Shown here one piece after another: positions 18,126 to 26,460 of a stretch of DNA of 64,000 bases. The position numbers and the translations under genes were made by a program. The notes below the pieces were generated by a model that was given only the letters and a program-made list of their open reading frames with translations, made no database searches and was not told the origin of the DNA. The first letter of the stretch is position 1, and each line of letters opens with the position of its first letter. The DNA comes from Gemmatimonadaceae bacterium (lineage in GTDB: Bacteria > Gemmatimonadota > Gemmatimonadetes > Gemmatimonadales > Gemmatimonadaceae), in contig JBBDYA010000114.1 in NCBI GenBank assembly GCA_040902005.1, forward strand, positions 10,180 through 74,179, written 5' to 3'.

Positions 18126-18740
18126 ATGGCCAGAATGTCTCAGCACGCGCAGGGAAAAGCACCGTCAAAGCGACGTCACGTTCGCGGGTTCACGCTCGCG
18201 GAGATCCTGATCGCGCTGGCGCTGATCGCGATTCTCGCGGCGGTGCTGCTGCCGACCGTGGCCGGCCAGATCCTGAAGGGAGATGCCGCACGGGTGATGC
18301 AGGATCTCGACGCCGTAAGAAGCGGTATGGACCAGTTTCTCGCTGACGTACACAGGTATCCTGGCAAGTACTCCGACCTGACCAAGGCGGTCGTTGCCAA
18401 CGACGTTGCCGACCATTCGGACATCAACGGCAATGCATATACGCCGGGCTTGGCTGGCAGATGGAGCGGGCCGTACGTCACGAAGGACACGATGAGCGGC
18501 GTCGTTGAGACCGGCTTTGGCGGAACAATTCACAACGTGTTCGTCAAGCGGCCGAACACCAACAATGTGGACTACGTCACTGTGCGGATCTTCGGGATCA
18601 CCGAGGCGGATTTTCTCCGGATCGACGAACAGATTGATGGCCCCAGCGCGACCGCCACCATTGCAAAGGAAACGGGTCTCTTCAGGTTCACGGCGGGGGT
18701 GGTAGATACGGTGAAGTTTCTCGCGACGCCGATTCAGTAG
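18126..18740 (+). CDS. GspG-like (pseudo)pilin 4
   Basis: ...KRRHVRG/FTLAEILIALALIAILAAVLLP with the motif WSGPYV. The protein ends ...LATPIQ. Confidence 0.8.
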   Translation: MARMSQHAQGKAPSKRRHVRGFTLAEILIALALIAILAAVLLPTVAGQILKGDAARVMQDLDAVRSGMDQFLADVHRYPGKYSDLTKAVVANDVADHSDINGNAYTPGLAGRWSGPYVTKDTMSGVVETGFGGTIHNVFVKRPNTNNVDYVTVRIFGITEADFLRIDEQIDGPSATATIAKETGLFRFTAGVVDTVKFLATPIQ

Positions 18741-18806
18741 TCATTGACGCAAGCGATCATTCACGCATTTTCCGGTAGCTCACTACACAAGTTCAGGAGA
18801 CAACGC

Positions 18807-19436
18807 ATGTTGAAGAATCGAGCAGGGCGGTCAGGGTTCACGCTTCCAGAAGTGCTGGTGACGGTGGCGATCGTGGCGGTGCTCGCGGCGGCCGTCGTTC
18901 CCACGGTGGTGAATCAGATCGGCAAGGGTGATGCAGCGTCGGTATCCGCAGAAATCAATTCCCTGACCGGTGCAGTGACCCAGTTCGTGACTGATACCCG
19001 GAGATATCCTGACCAGCTGGCTCATCTGAACACGCTCATATTGTCGGGGGACGATGACCTGCTGGGCACCGATTACGGCACGCGTGCCGTGGCCGGATGG
19101 AAGGGCCCCTACCTGGCGACGACGCAGGACATGGCAACCGACGATTTCACGTTCAGCAGCTTTGGCCTGGTGGCCGACAATGTCCTGATCGCCCCCGCTG
19201 CCGGCAACGGCCATCACATCACGCTGAACCTTGGCGCAACGACGACAATGTCACTGGCGACGTTGATTGCAATCGATCAGGGAATCGACGCGGGGGATGG
19301 AGTATTTGACCCTGATTGCGCCATCCCAGCAATATCAGCGAGCTCGACCAGCGGCCGTCTCACCTGGACTGAGGCTGCGGGCACGCCTTGCGTGATCACG
19401 AACATCATCTACCGGTTGGTTCCTGTCGGCTCCTAA
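18807..19436 (+). CDS. GspG-like (pseudo)pilin 5
   Basis: ATG 18807 follows AGGAGA. MLKNRAGRSG/FTLPEVLVTVAIVAVLAAAVVP with the motif WKGPYL. The protein ends ...RLVPVGS. Confidence 0.8.
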   Translation: MLKNRAGRSGFTLPEVLVTVAIVAVLAAAVVPTVVNQIGKGDAASVSAEINSLTGAVTQFVTDTRRYPDQLAHLNTLILSGDDDLLGTDYGTRAVAGWKGPYLATTQDMATDDFTFSSFGLVADNVLIAPAAGNGHHITLNLGATTTMSLATLIAIDQGIDAGDGVFDPDCAIPAISASSTSGRLTWTEAAGTPCVITNIIYRLVPVGS

Positions 19437-19462
19437 AAGAGCTTCAACTCAGTGACTGCGCG

Positions 19463-19486
19463 ACGGGCACCCGTGAGGGTGCCCGT
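19463..19486 (+). terminator. Hairpin terminator after the second pilin block
   Basis: The perfect 10-bp stem is ACGGGCACCC / GGGTGCCCGT with a GTGA loop. The downstream T tract is weak (TCTC). Confidence 0.5.
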
Positions 19487-19769
19487 TCTCGCATGAGCGG
19501 CGTCTACCCGGACAAGGACATCCTGAAAGCGCCGTGACAGGCGGGCGACCGCGGGGCCGCGCCTCCGTCGCGCGCGGGACTCTCCCAGAAAGTTCCACGG
19601 CGGTCGTTGCGGTTGTCGCAGACTCCTTCGGACTTTCCACCCTCGCGGAACCCACGGGAACGCCCGCCTCGCCAGCGGCGCATGCCGATGACGCTGTGGC
19701 GGTACCGGTTCACGCGCGCCACCAAGCGGCGCAGCTCCTCGACTTACCGCGTCGAGGTTCCAATGGAAT

Positions 19770-19799
19770 TTGACATTCATGATGTATCAAACGTACATT
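19770..19799 (+). promoter_or_regulatory. Sigma70-like promoter of vapBC with an embedded palindrome
   Basis: TTGACA (19770-19775), an 18-nt spacer, then TACATT (19794-19799). ATGTA-tcaaacg-TACAT is an inverted repeat over the spacer and -10 element. The vapB ATG lies 8 nt after the -10 element. Confidence 0.4.
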
Positions 19800-19806
19800 T
19801 TGATGT

Positions 19807-20052
19807 ATGAAACGAACCACTTTGAAGCTCGATGAGCCCCTCCTCCGCCGCCTCAAGCAGCGGGCAGCTGCCGAAGGAACGAGTCTCCAGGCTCTCGCCA
19901 ACCGGCTCCTGCGTCTGGCACTGGCGAAGCAGGAGCGCCCTCCATACACGCTCTCCCTGACTGGATGGGAAGCAACCGCGCGGCCAGGCGCGGACATCCT
20001 GGATCGCGACGCGCTGTTCGACCTGATGGACCGGGAAGGGGGAGGACGCTGA
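19807..20052 (+). CDS. vapB: Type II antitoxin, ribbon-helix-helix (VapB-like)
   Basis: MKRTTLKLDEPLLRRLKQRAAAEGTSLQALANRLLRLAL is an RHH N-terminus. The gene sits directly upstream of a PIN gene with a 3-nt gap. Confidence 0.75.
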   Translation: MKRTTLKLDEPLLRRLKQRAAAEGTSLQALANRLLRLALAKQERPPYTLSLTGWEATARPGADILDRDALFDLMDREGGGR

Positions 20053-20055
20053 GCG

Positions 20056-20490
20056 GTGCGCGCCGTGGATACCAATGTTCTCGTGTTCGCGGGGATCACC
20101 TCGAGTTCGCAGCATCTCCGCGCGCTCGAAGTGCTCCGCGAACTGAGCGAAGGCGCAGCCGCGTGGGCCATTCCCTGGCCGTGCCTGTACGAATTTCTGC
20201 GCGTCGTGACGCATCCACGTGTGTACCATCCGCCGATGCCGTACGAAGTGGCGCTACAGGACGTGCAGCGCATCATCGCCTCACCCTCGCTCGTTCTCCT
20301 GAGCGAGACGCCGCGACACGCCGAGGTCATGGCAGAAGTCATCCGTGATGGCGGAGCCACGGGCAACTTGATCCATGACGCGCATATCGTCGCGCTGTGT
20401 CTCGAGCACGGGGTGACTGAGATCGTCACTGGTGACCGCGATTTCCGGCGGTTCTCCGGCCTGAAGACATTCGATCCGTTCAGCGGATAG
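20056..20490 (+). CDS. vapC: PIN-domain ribonuclease toxin VapC
   Basis: VRAVDTNVLV carries the first acidic residue. ...LIHDAHIVALCLEHGVTEIVTGDRDFRRF is the typical PIN C-terminal motif. Confidence 0.85.
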   Translation: MRAVDTNVLVFAGITSSSQHLRALEVLRELSEGAAAWAIPWPCLYEFLRVVTHPRVYHPPMPYEVALQDVQRIIASPSLVLLSETPRHAEVMAEVIRDGGATGNLIHDAHIVALCLEHGVTEIVTGDRDFRRFSGLKTFDPFSG

Positions 20491-20667
20491 TCATCAGGCC
20501 ATCAACCCGATGGAGCAGCGATCAGAGCGGGAAGGGAAGGATCTGGAGTCGCCGTGCACCGTCTCTCCGCCCGCCGCCAGGCGAACGAATTCCCTGAGCT
20601 TGTTCTTGAGGACCTTCAAGCCAACGGCGCGCATCATCGAAGGTAGCTTCCAGAGCTACCTGCCCTC

Positions 20668-21207
20668 TCAGGGACGCGGGCGACTCTCCACGATGAACTT
20701 CCCCATCTCGAGACTCACCCCGAACCGCGCCGCGATGGCTTCCGCGCTCGCCGTGTTGATGTTCACCGCCAGCTGGTAGAACACCACCGGCGGCCACGGC
20801 GCCTGCGCATCACCCACCAGCACGGACAGGCCCGCATCAGCCATCAGCGCGCGCAGCGCGTCCACAGCCCGCACGTCGTGAAAGGCGACGTTCACCCGTG
20901 CGTTCACGTCCTGCGACAGCACGAGACTCACCTCCGCCTGCTGTGCCAGCCAGAGCACGAGGGTGCGCAGGTCGGCGTTCTGCGTGGTCAACGTGACGCG
21001 ACGGTTGCTGGCGCCGGCAAAAGGATCACGTGATGCGCGTTGGAGGGGGGGGAGGGGCACGATCGCCAGCGTATCACCCCCGGACGCGATCTCGTAGACC
21101 GGCAGGTCCGGAAGCGGGGGCCCGACCGTGACCGGCTGTGTGCGCCAGCAGCCCGAAAGACCCGCGGCAACGACAACGAGCATCAGCGCCAGCGGACGAC
21201 GGCGCAT
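20668..21207 (-). CDS. Lipoprotein with a secretin-N0/STN-like domain and a C-terminal ComEA-like helix-hairpin-helix
   Basis: MRRRPLALMLVVVAAGLSGC carries a lipobox. ADLRTLVLWLAQQAEVSLVLSQDVNARVNVAFHDVRAVDALRALMADAGL parallels the N-terminal domain of the adjacent secretin (DLGTVVRTLATRFGLQYQIDPAVHGTVNTTLRNTTLSEALDII). The C-terminal VNINTASAEAIAARFGVSLEMGKFIVESRP matches the ComEA HhH pattern NxNTAsxeeL. Confidence 0.55.
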   Translation of the reverse strand: MRRRPLALMLVVVAAGLSGCWRTQPVTVGPPLPDLPVYEIASGGDTLAIVPLPPLQRASRDPFAGASNRRVTLTTQNADLRTLVLWLAQQAEVSLVLSQDVNARVNVAFHDVRAVDALRALMADAGLSVLVGDAQAPWPPVVFYQLAVNINTASAEAIAARFGVSLEMGKFIVESRPRP

Positions 21208-21210
21208 CCG

Positions 21211-21858
21211 CTAGCGCACCCGCTCGCTCAACGCCTCGACGCGACGCCGCACATGCTCCACGTGGCCGGCAAGCCGGCCGGGCGCGGTGCGCACGAACGC
21301 GTTGTACGACCGGATGGCGCCCGCCCAGTCGCGCTCGAGCTCCAGCACCTGCCCGAGCGCGTAGTGGGCCTCGGCCACCGACGCATCCGACGCGAGCACG
21401 GCCTCCAGCAGCGCGCGAGACTCCTTCAGCGCGCCGACTGCGAGATACTGCTGCGCGAGACTCACGCGCGCGCTTGGATGCAGGGGGTCGATGCCGAGCG
21501 CGTGCTGAAACGCCGCGATCGCGTTGCTCGCCTGGCCGCGCTGCGCCAGCGCGGTGCCAAGGTTGTTCCACGCGCCGGCATTGCGCGGCGACAAACTCAC
21601 CGCTCTACGCAGCAGCGTTTCGGCGCGATCGAACTCACGCGTGGACGACAGTAGCACGCCCATGTTGTTCAGCGCGTCCACGTGATTCGGGTCCGTCGCC
21701 AGCACGCGCTCGTACGCGCCGCGGGCGGTTGCGAGGTCACCCGCGCGATGCGCCGCGACTCCCGCGGCGAATATCTGCGAGAGACTCGCCTCGCGCGCAT
21801 CCACCGCGATGTTGAGACGCCCAGGGCTCTCCGCATGCCGGACTGGCTGCGCCTGCAC
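21211..21858 (-). CDS. TPR-repeat protein (MshN-like position in the operon)
   Basis: There are several TPR units (AHRAGDLATARGAYERVLATDPNHVDALNNMGVLL..., AEAHYALGQVLELERDWAGAIRSYNAFV). The true 5' end is uncertain (see finding). Confidence 0.7.
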   Translation of the reverse strand: MQAQPVRHAESPGRLNIAVDAREASLSQIFAAGVAAHRAGDLATARGAYERVLATDPNHVDALNNMGVLLSSTREFDRAETLLRRAVSLSPRNAGAWNNLGTALAQRGQASNAIAAFQHALGIDPLHPSARVSLAQQYLAVGALKESRALLEAVLASDASVAEAHYALGQVLELERDWAGAIRSYNAFVRTAPGRLAGHVEHVRRRVEALSERVR

Positions 21859-22318
21859 GTCGCCCTGCGGTAGCGCTGCGGCGCTGTCGCGCGCAGGGCC
21901 AGCGGCAACCTGCGGCGCCTCCGGACGATCGGACGGCGCGACCGCCCGGTGCCGGCCGAACCGGCGCGGTCGTAGTGCGCGCCGAAGGCCTCGTCTGCGC
22001 TGGACGGCTGGCCACGTCGCGAAGCACCTGCGCGCTCGAATCGATCGCCGGCAACCCGGCGGCGACGTCGCTGATGAGCGGGGGCGACACGAGCGCCATC
22101 GGCTGGCGTCGCACGTCCTGCATCTTCACGAACACGACCCAGCCGGCGCCGAGGAGCACCGCGCCGCCGATGCCGATCATGAGCGCGCGCTGCCAGTTGA
22201 ACTCCCGCGCCGGTTGCGAACGCAGGGGAACCAACATCGGGGGAACGGCGGCGCTCGAGGCCGCGCGGCGCTCCTTTTCCCGCTGCGCGGCATTGGTGGC
22301 ATCGATGATGAGACTCAC
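21737..22318 (-). CDS. Bitopic membrane protein downstream of ExeA (ExeB/GspB-like position); the 3' part is probably misframed
   Basis: GTGA coupling to the exeA-like stop. MSLIIDATNAAQREKERR... with the TM helix WQRALMIGIGGAVLLGAGWVVFV. The last ~60 aa are R/G/C-rich junk that overlaps the TPR ORF by 122 nt. Confidence 0.45.
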   Translation of the reverse strand: MSLIIDATNAAQREKERRAASSAAVPPMLVPLRSQPAREFNWQRALMIGIGGAVLLGAGWVVFVKMQDVRRQPMALVSPPLISDVAAGLPAIDSSAQVLRDVASRPAQTRPSARTTTAPVRPAPGGRAVRSSGGAAGCRWPCARQRRSATAGRRAGAASPACGEPWASQHRGGCARGESLADIRRGSRGASRG

Positions 22319-23724
22319 GGCTGTGGCTCACCCGCAGGCACGACACGCCGCGTGGTGTCCGCGGTGGCCATGGCGTTGTCGGACACGGAATCCGCGGCCA
22401 GGCGGCGCGACTCGAACGCGACGCACTGCTCGGACATCGACGAATAATCAGCGGGGACTGCGCGCGTCGCGGCGACGGGAACGCGGCCGGCCGCGGCGCA
22501 GGCGCGGGCCGAGTCTCCGGCCGCGAAGAACGCCTTGGCAGTCCAGTACCGACCTTCGCCGATCGCCCATCCCGCAGGGTAATCTCGACCGAGCGTCTCG
22601 AGCGACCGCAGCGCGTCCTCGTTGGAGCCGCGCGTCAATTGCAACTGCGCGAGCCGGAGCAGTGCGTTCTCGCGCTGGCGCGATCCGGCGTAGTCGCGCG
22701 CGATGCGCGCGTAGAACTGTTCGGCCCGCACGGTGGACGGCGCGCGCGCTGCGCGCCACGCCAGCACCTCGGCGTTTCCATCCATTCCGAACCAGAGCGC
22801 GGCGAGGACCGCGGCCACGGCGGCGAGGGAGCCGCCAACCCACCACCGTCGCGAATGGCCTGAGGTGCTGAGCGTTTTCGCCGGCGCGGATGCGGCGGCC
22901 GACTCCATGCCGTCCTCGCCCTGAAGCGATGCGATGGCCTGGCGCACGTGCGCCTCCGAAATGCTGCGCGCCTGATCGGAGTAGCCAGCGAGCAACGCGC
23001 GATCCGTCGTGAGATTGATCAGACGCGGCACGCCCCGGGTGGCCGAGTGGATCAGGCGCACCGCCGTCTCCTGGAAACGCACGCGTCCCTGCGCGCCCGC
23101 CACGTTGAGGCGGTGGTAGAGATAGCGCCCGGTTTCGTCCTGCGTGAGATGCGTGAGCGTGCAGCGCACCGACACGCGCTGATCGAGCTGCGCCATCTGC
23201 GGCGTGCGGATCAGCGCCAGCAGCTCCGGCTGGCCCACGAGCACGATCTGAATCAGCTTTTCGCGCTCGGTCTCCAGGTTCGAGAGCACGCGGATCTGCT
23301 CCAGAAACTCCGTGGAGAGATGCTGCGCTTCATCGAAGATCGCGATGCACGTCCGTCCGTTCGCGAGCTGCTGGAGCAGGTAGGTGTTGAGCCGGTCGAG
23401 CAGCTCCTTGCGCGACGTGATGGTGGTGTCGCCCAACCCGAACTCCGACAGCAGCGCCTGGAGCATCTCCACGCCGTTGAGGAACGGATTGAAGAGCAGC
23501 GCCACGCGGAAGCGTTCCGGGTCCAGCTTCTCGAGTAGGTCGCGGCAGAGGGTGGTCTTCCCCGTGCCGGGCGCGCCCGTGACGAGCATGAATCCTTCCT
23601 TCTGCCCGATGCCGTAGCGCAGCGACTCCTCGGCAACGCGATACTGGTCGGACTGAAAGACGAAGCGAGGATTCGGCGTGAGCGAGAACGGCTTTTCCGT
23701 CAATCCGAAAAACTGTTCGTACAT
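22315..23724 (-). CDS. ExeA/GspA/MshM-type AAA ATPase with a TM segment and a periplasmic TPR-like domain
   Basis: MYEQFFGLTEKPFSLTPNPRFVFQSDQYRVAEESLRYGIGQKEGFMLVTGAPGTGKTTLCR is the hallmark ExeA N-terminus with a Walker A motif. Walker B is CIAIFDEAQHL. A TM helix (WWVGGSLAAVAAVLAALWF) is followed by a YbgF-like TPR region. No peptidoglycan-binding domain is present. Confidence 0.85.
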   Translation of the reverse strand: MYEQFFGLTEKPFSLTPNPRFVFQSDQYRVAEESLRYGIGQKEGFMLVTGAPGTGKTTLCRDLLEKLDPERFRVALLFNPFLNGVEMLQALLSEFGLGDTTITSRKELLDRLNTYLLQQLANGRTCIAIFDEAQHLSTEFLEQIRVLSNLETEREKLIQIVLVGQPELLALIRTPQMAQLDQRVSVRCTLTHLTQDETGRYLYHRLNVAGAQGRVRFQETAVRLIHSATRGVPRLINLTTDRALLAGYSDQARSISEAHVRQAIASLQGEDGMESAAASAPAKTLSTSGHSRRWWVGGSLAAVAAVLAALWFGMDGNAEVLAWRAARAPSTVRAEQFYARIARDYAGSRQRENALLRLAQLQLTRGSNEDALRSLETLGRDYPAGWAIGEGRYWTAKAFFAAGDSARACAAAGRVPVAATRAVPADYSSMSEQCVAFESRRLAADSVSDNAMATADTTRRVVPAGEPQP

Positions 23725-23740
23725 CTGCTGCTCGCTGCTC

Positions 23741-25393
23741 CTACCGGCCGGCCGGCGGCTGGCCGGCGATGATGGTGGGTGTCAGGAAGATCACCAGTTC
23801 GGCCTTGCGCTCGATCTGCACCTCGCGCGAGAAGAGACGTCCCAGCAGCGGAATGGACCGCAGTCCGGGCACGCCGCTTTTCACGGTCTCCACGCGATTC
23901 TGCATCAGGCCGCCGATGACGATCGTCTCCCCCTCGCGCAGGCGTGCCATCGTGTCCGATTCGCGCGTGTCGATGACCGGCGCCTGGAAGAGCGTGCCGT
24001 CCGCGCTGGTAAAGCTCGCGGTGCGGGCCACGCTCGTGACGACCGGGCGGATGTTCATCGTGACGCTGTTGTCGGCCCCGATCTGCGGCAGCACGTCGAG
24101 CACGATGCCGACGTTCACTTGCGTGGGGTTCACCGTGGAGGTGAAGCCGGTGATCGCGCCGGTGGGGCCGATGATGGGCTCGCGCTGGAGATTGAACACG
24201 ATCTCGCCGGTGGTCACGTTGAACACCGCGCGCTGGTTGTTGAGCGCGGAGACGCGCGGGCTGGACAGGACGCGCACGTCGCCCTGCGAGGAAAGCGCGG
24301 TGAGCACGGCGGAGATCTCGGTGGTACCGGCGCTCAGGCGCAGCTCGACATTCGGGCCGAGCCGGCCGCCGCCGGGACTCAGTTTACCGGCGGCGTTGCT
24401 GCCCACCACCACGTTCCAGTCGATGCCGAACTCGTAGCTGCGATCGAGGTTCACCTCGACGATCTTCGCCTCGATCAGCACCTGCCGCTGCACCGACGAC
24501 TCGAACGTGCGGATGAACAGCTCGATCTGGTCGAGGCGATCGGTGAACGCGCTGACGGTGATCGTTCCGGCGATGGGATTGATGATGAGGCGACGGCCGT
24601 CCGGGGCGTTACGGCTGTACGGGCGGCCACCACCCTGGAGCCCCATCCCCGCGGACGCGGCATTCTGCGCCTGTGGCTGACCGGCGCCGTCCGTGGCGCC
24701 ATCGAAGACGAGCGCGTCCATCGCGACGCGAATCTCCTCCCAGACGTCCGCGACCGAGACCGCGCTGATGACGTCCGCGCCGCCGCCGAGACCGCCGCCG
24801 AACCCACCGGCGCCCGCGCCGCCGGCTGCGGCGCCGCCCTGCGAGCCGATGGCACCGCCCTGGTTACCGCCGATTCCGCTGCCGCCCAGGCGGCGCTGGA
24901 TCACGGTGGAGGCCGTGCCCACGCGCGACAAGGCGACGTAGTCCAGCGAAAAGATCCGGGTTTCCATCCGCGACGGCCCGACGCGCAGCACGCCGTTGCG
25001 GATCTCGTACTGCACGCCCTGCGGCATGATGATGTCGAGCGCTTCACTGAGCGTGGTGTTTCGCAGCGTGGTGTTGACGGTGCCGTGCACCGCGGGATCG
25101 ATCTGATACTGGAGCCCGAACCGCGTGGCGAGCGTGCGGACGACCGTGCCGAGATCCTGATTCACGGCGGTGAGGCTCTGCAGGCGCGGCGCGCTCCCCT
25201 GGGAAATCGCGGCTCCCGAAGAGAGCGGGGGCAGACTGGGAAGCGGCGCCTCGCCGGACGACGCGGAGGCGGGTGGCTCGAGGCGAACACTTGTCTGCGG
25301 CGCGACCACCTTCGGCGAGCTCGCGCACGACGCCATGAGTGCCAGTGCAGCGGCGCCCGCGGCACCGGCGATTCGACCTGTCGGGAAATGCAT
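23741..25393 (-). CDS. Secretin (GspD/PilQ/MshL family), lipoprotein type
   Basis: The signal and lipobox are ALALMASCASS. N0-like domains are present, plus a Gly-rich insert. The C-terminal secretin core is VRVLSSPRVSALNNQRAVFNV...VKSGVPGLRSIPLLGRLFSREVQIERKAELVIFLTPTII. Confidence 0.9.
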   Translation of the reverse strand: MHFPTGRIAGAAGAAALALMASCASSPKVVAPQTSVRLEPPASASSGEAPLPSLPPLSSGAAISQGSAPRLQSLTAVNQDLGTVVRTLATRFGLQYQIDPAVHGTVNTTLRNTTLSEALDIIMPQGVQYEIRNGVLRVGPSRMETRIFSLDYVALSRVGTASTVIQRRLGGSGIGGNQGGAIGSQGGAAAGGAGAGGFGGGLGGGADVISAVSVADVWEEIRVAMDALVFDGATDGAGQPQAQNAASAGMGLQGGGRPYSRNAPDGRRLIINPIAGTITVSAFTDRLDQIELFIRTFESSVQRQVLIEAKIVEVNLDRSYEFGIDWNVVVGSNAAGKLSPGGGRLGPNVELRLSAGTTEISAVLTALSSQGDVRVLSSPRVSALNNQRAVFNVTTGEIVFNLQREPIIGPTGAITGFTSTVNPTQVNVGIVLDVLPQIGADNSVTMNIRPVVTSVARTASFTSADGTLFQAPVIDTRESDTMARLREGETIVIGGLMQNRVETVKSGVPGLRSIPLLGRLFSREVQIERKAELVIFLTPTIIAGQPPAGR

Positions 25394-25394
25394 G

Positions 25395-25877
25395 TTATGG
25401 CCTGACCGTGGACATGGTGAGCGCGCGGTGCTGCCCGTTTCGCTCCATCACGGCGACGCGGTCCGCGCGGATGGCGGTGATACGCGCGCCGTCCGACAAC
25501 ATGTCGCCGACACTTACCACGGTACCGTCAATCACCGCGACAGGTCTGTCATCCGCAATAAGGATCGCAGTCAACTGCCGTGTGCGCCTGGATGCACTAA
25601 CAGTAGGAGTGCCCGGCGTCGGCGCAACGTCTAGTTGGCGGCGTGCCGAGACGAATGGGTCGAATTGGAGGCGAACTTCCGGGCGATCGAAGGGCAAACC
25701 GACCAGCCCCGGCGTCATGAACGCACCAACGTCGTCCATCGCGTCGTCGCGTGCCGTCGCCGGCCCGCGCGGGTCGGCCGACAGTTGCTCAACCGTCAGG
25801 GCGACCAGCGCCGCGGTCACCAGTAGCGCCGCGTTCCAGAGATGACCGAAGAGCGTTTGGGGGGGTTGGTGCGCCAT
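25395..25877 (-). CDS. PilP/GspC/MshK-like periplasmic component
   Basis: An N-terminal TM helix (LWNAALLVTAALVALTV) is followed by a C-terminal beta domain, LTAILIADDRPVAVIDGTVVSVGDMLSDGARITAIRADRVAVMERNG, which is typical of the PilP/HR domain. Confidence 0.55.
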   Translation of the reverse strand: MAHQPPQTLFGHLWNAALLVTAALVALTVEQLSADPRGPATARDDAMDDVGAFMTPGLVGLPFDRPEVRLQFDPFVSARRQLDVAPTPGTPTVSASRRTRQLTAILIADDRPVAVIDGTVVSVGDMLSDGARITAIRADRVAVMERNGQHRALTMSTVRP

Positions 25878-26460
25878 TTGGATAGGTGAGTTGAAATACG
25901 GCCAGCGAGATCCGGTGCCTGCTGCCTCCGTCCTGTCGCACCAGACTCAGTTGCGTCGCCGCGGCCGACGGCGGAAGCTGACCGAGAAAGGCAATCACCG
26001 ACTGCATTCCACCGCGACCTTCGACGACGAGACCGAAGGGTGCCGGCGTACGGCCGATCCCCCCGGTAGAAAGACGCGTCTCCAGCCCAGTTGTATCAGA
26101 AGGGCCGACGAGGACCCGCACGTCCTGCAGCCCGGCGGACTCTGCCGCACGTGCCACGGAGCGCGTCACCCCGAGACGCTCTTCCTCCCCGACCCCCAGG
26201 TTCTGGAGCTCCATCCAAGTTCGGCGCCACGCAATGGACTCCGCGGCAACAGCAGGCTCATACCGCCGCCTCAGGTCCGCGAACCCCACGAGTGCCGCCT
26301 GGACCCGGGTAATCTCCGCGCGGCGGGCCGCTCCGCGACGAGTGGCGTTGACCGCGGCCCACGCGAGGACGGCGATCGAGAGCACGGCGGCGACCAGGCG
26401 CGTCCAGGCAGGGTCGATCGGTGGAAGGCGCAGCGCGCCGACGGAGAATGACGGTGCCAT
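25789..26460 (-). CDS. PilO/GspM/MshJ-like bitopic component
   Basis: TGATG coupling. The TM helix is LVAAVLSIAVLAWAAV, followed by a coiled segment and a ferredoxin-like tail (...GMQSVIAFLGQLPPSAAATQLSLVRQDGGSRHRISLAVFQLTYP). The 3' end overlaps the next gene by 89 nt. Confidence 0.5.
   Translation of the reverse strand: MAPSFSVGALRLPPIDPAWTRLVAAVLSIAVLAWAAVNATRRGAARRAEITRVQAALVGFADLRRRYEPAVAAESIAWRRTWMELQNLGVGEEERLGVTRSVARAAESAGLQDVRVLVGPSDTTGLETRLSTGGIGRTPAPFGLVVEGRGGMQSVIAFLGQLPPSAAATQLSLVRQDGGSRHRISLAVFQLTYPNGAPTPPNALRSSLERGATGDRGAGRPDG

Noticed and set aside
23678-25405. 575-aa plus-strand ORF, with similar long antisense ORFs at 50603..53014 (+), 62343..63881 (-), 6511..8229 (-), 45464..47749 (+), 45360..46499 (-), 59667..60764 (+), 55953..57227 (-) and 313..1173 (-)
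   Set aside because: Each lies opposite or out of frame to a gene with strong family motifs (secretin, GMC/TIM barrel/HD-GYP, M20 peptidase, GH3, MFS, Gfo/Idh/MocA, DUF4142, GlnA, Crp). Their products are Arg/Gly/Ala/Pro-rich junk.
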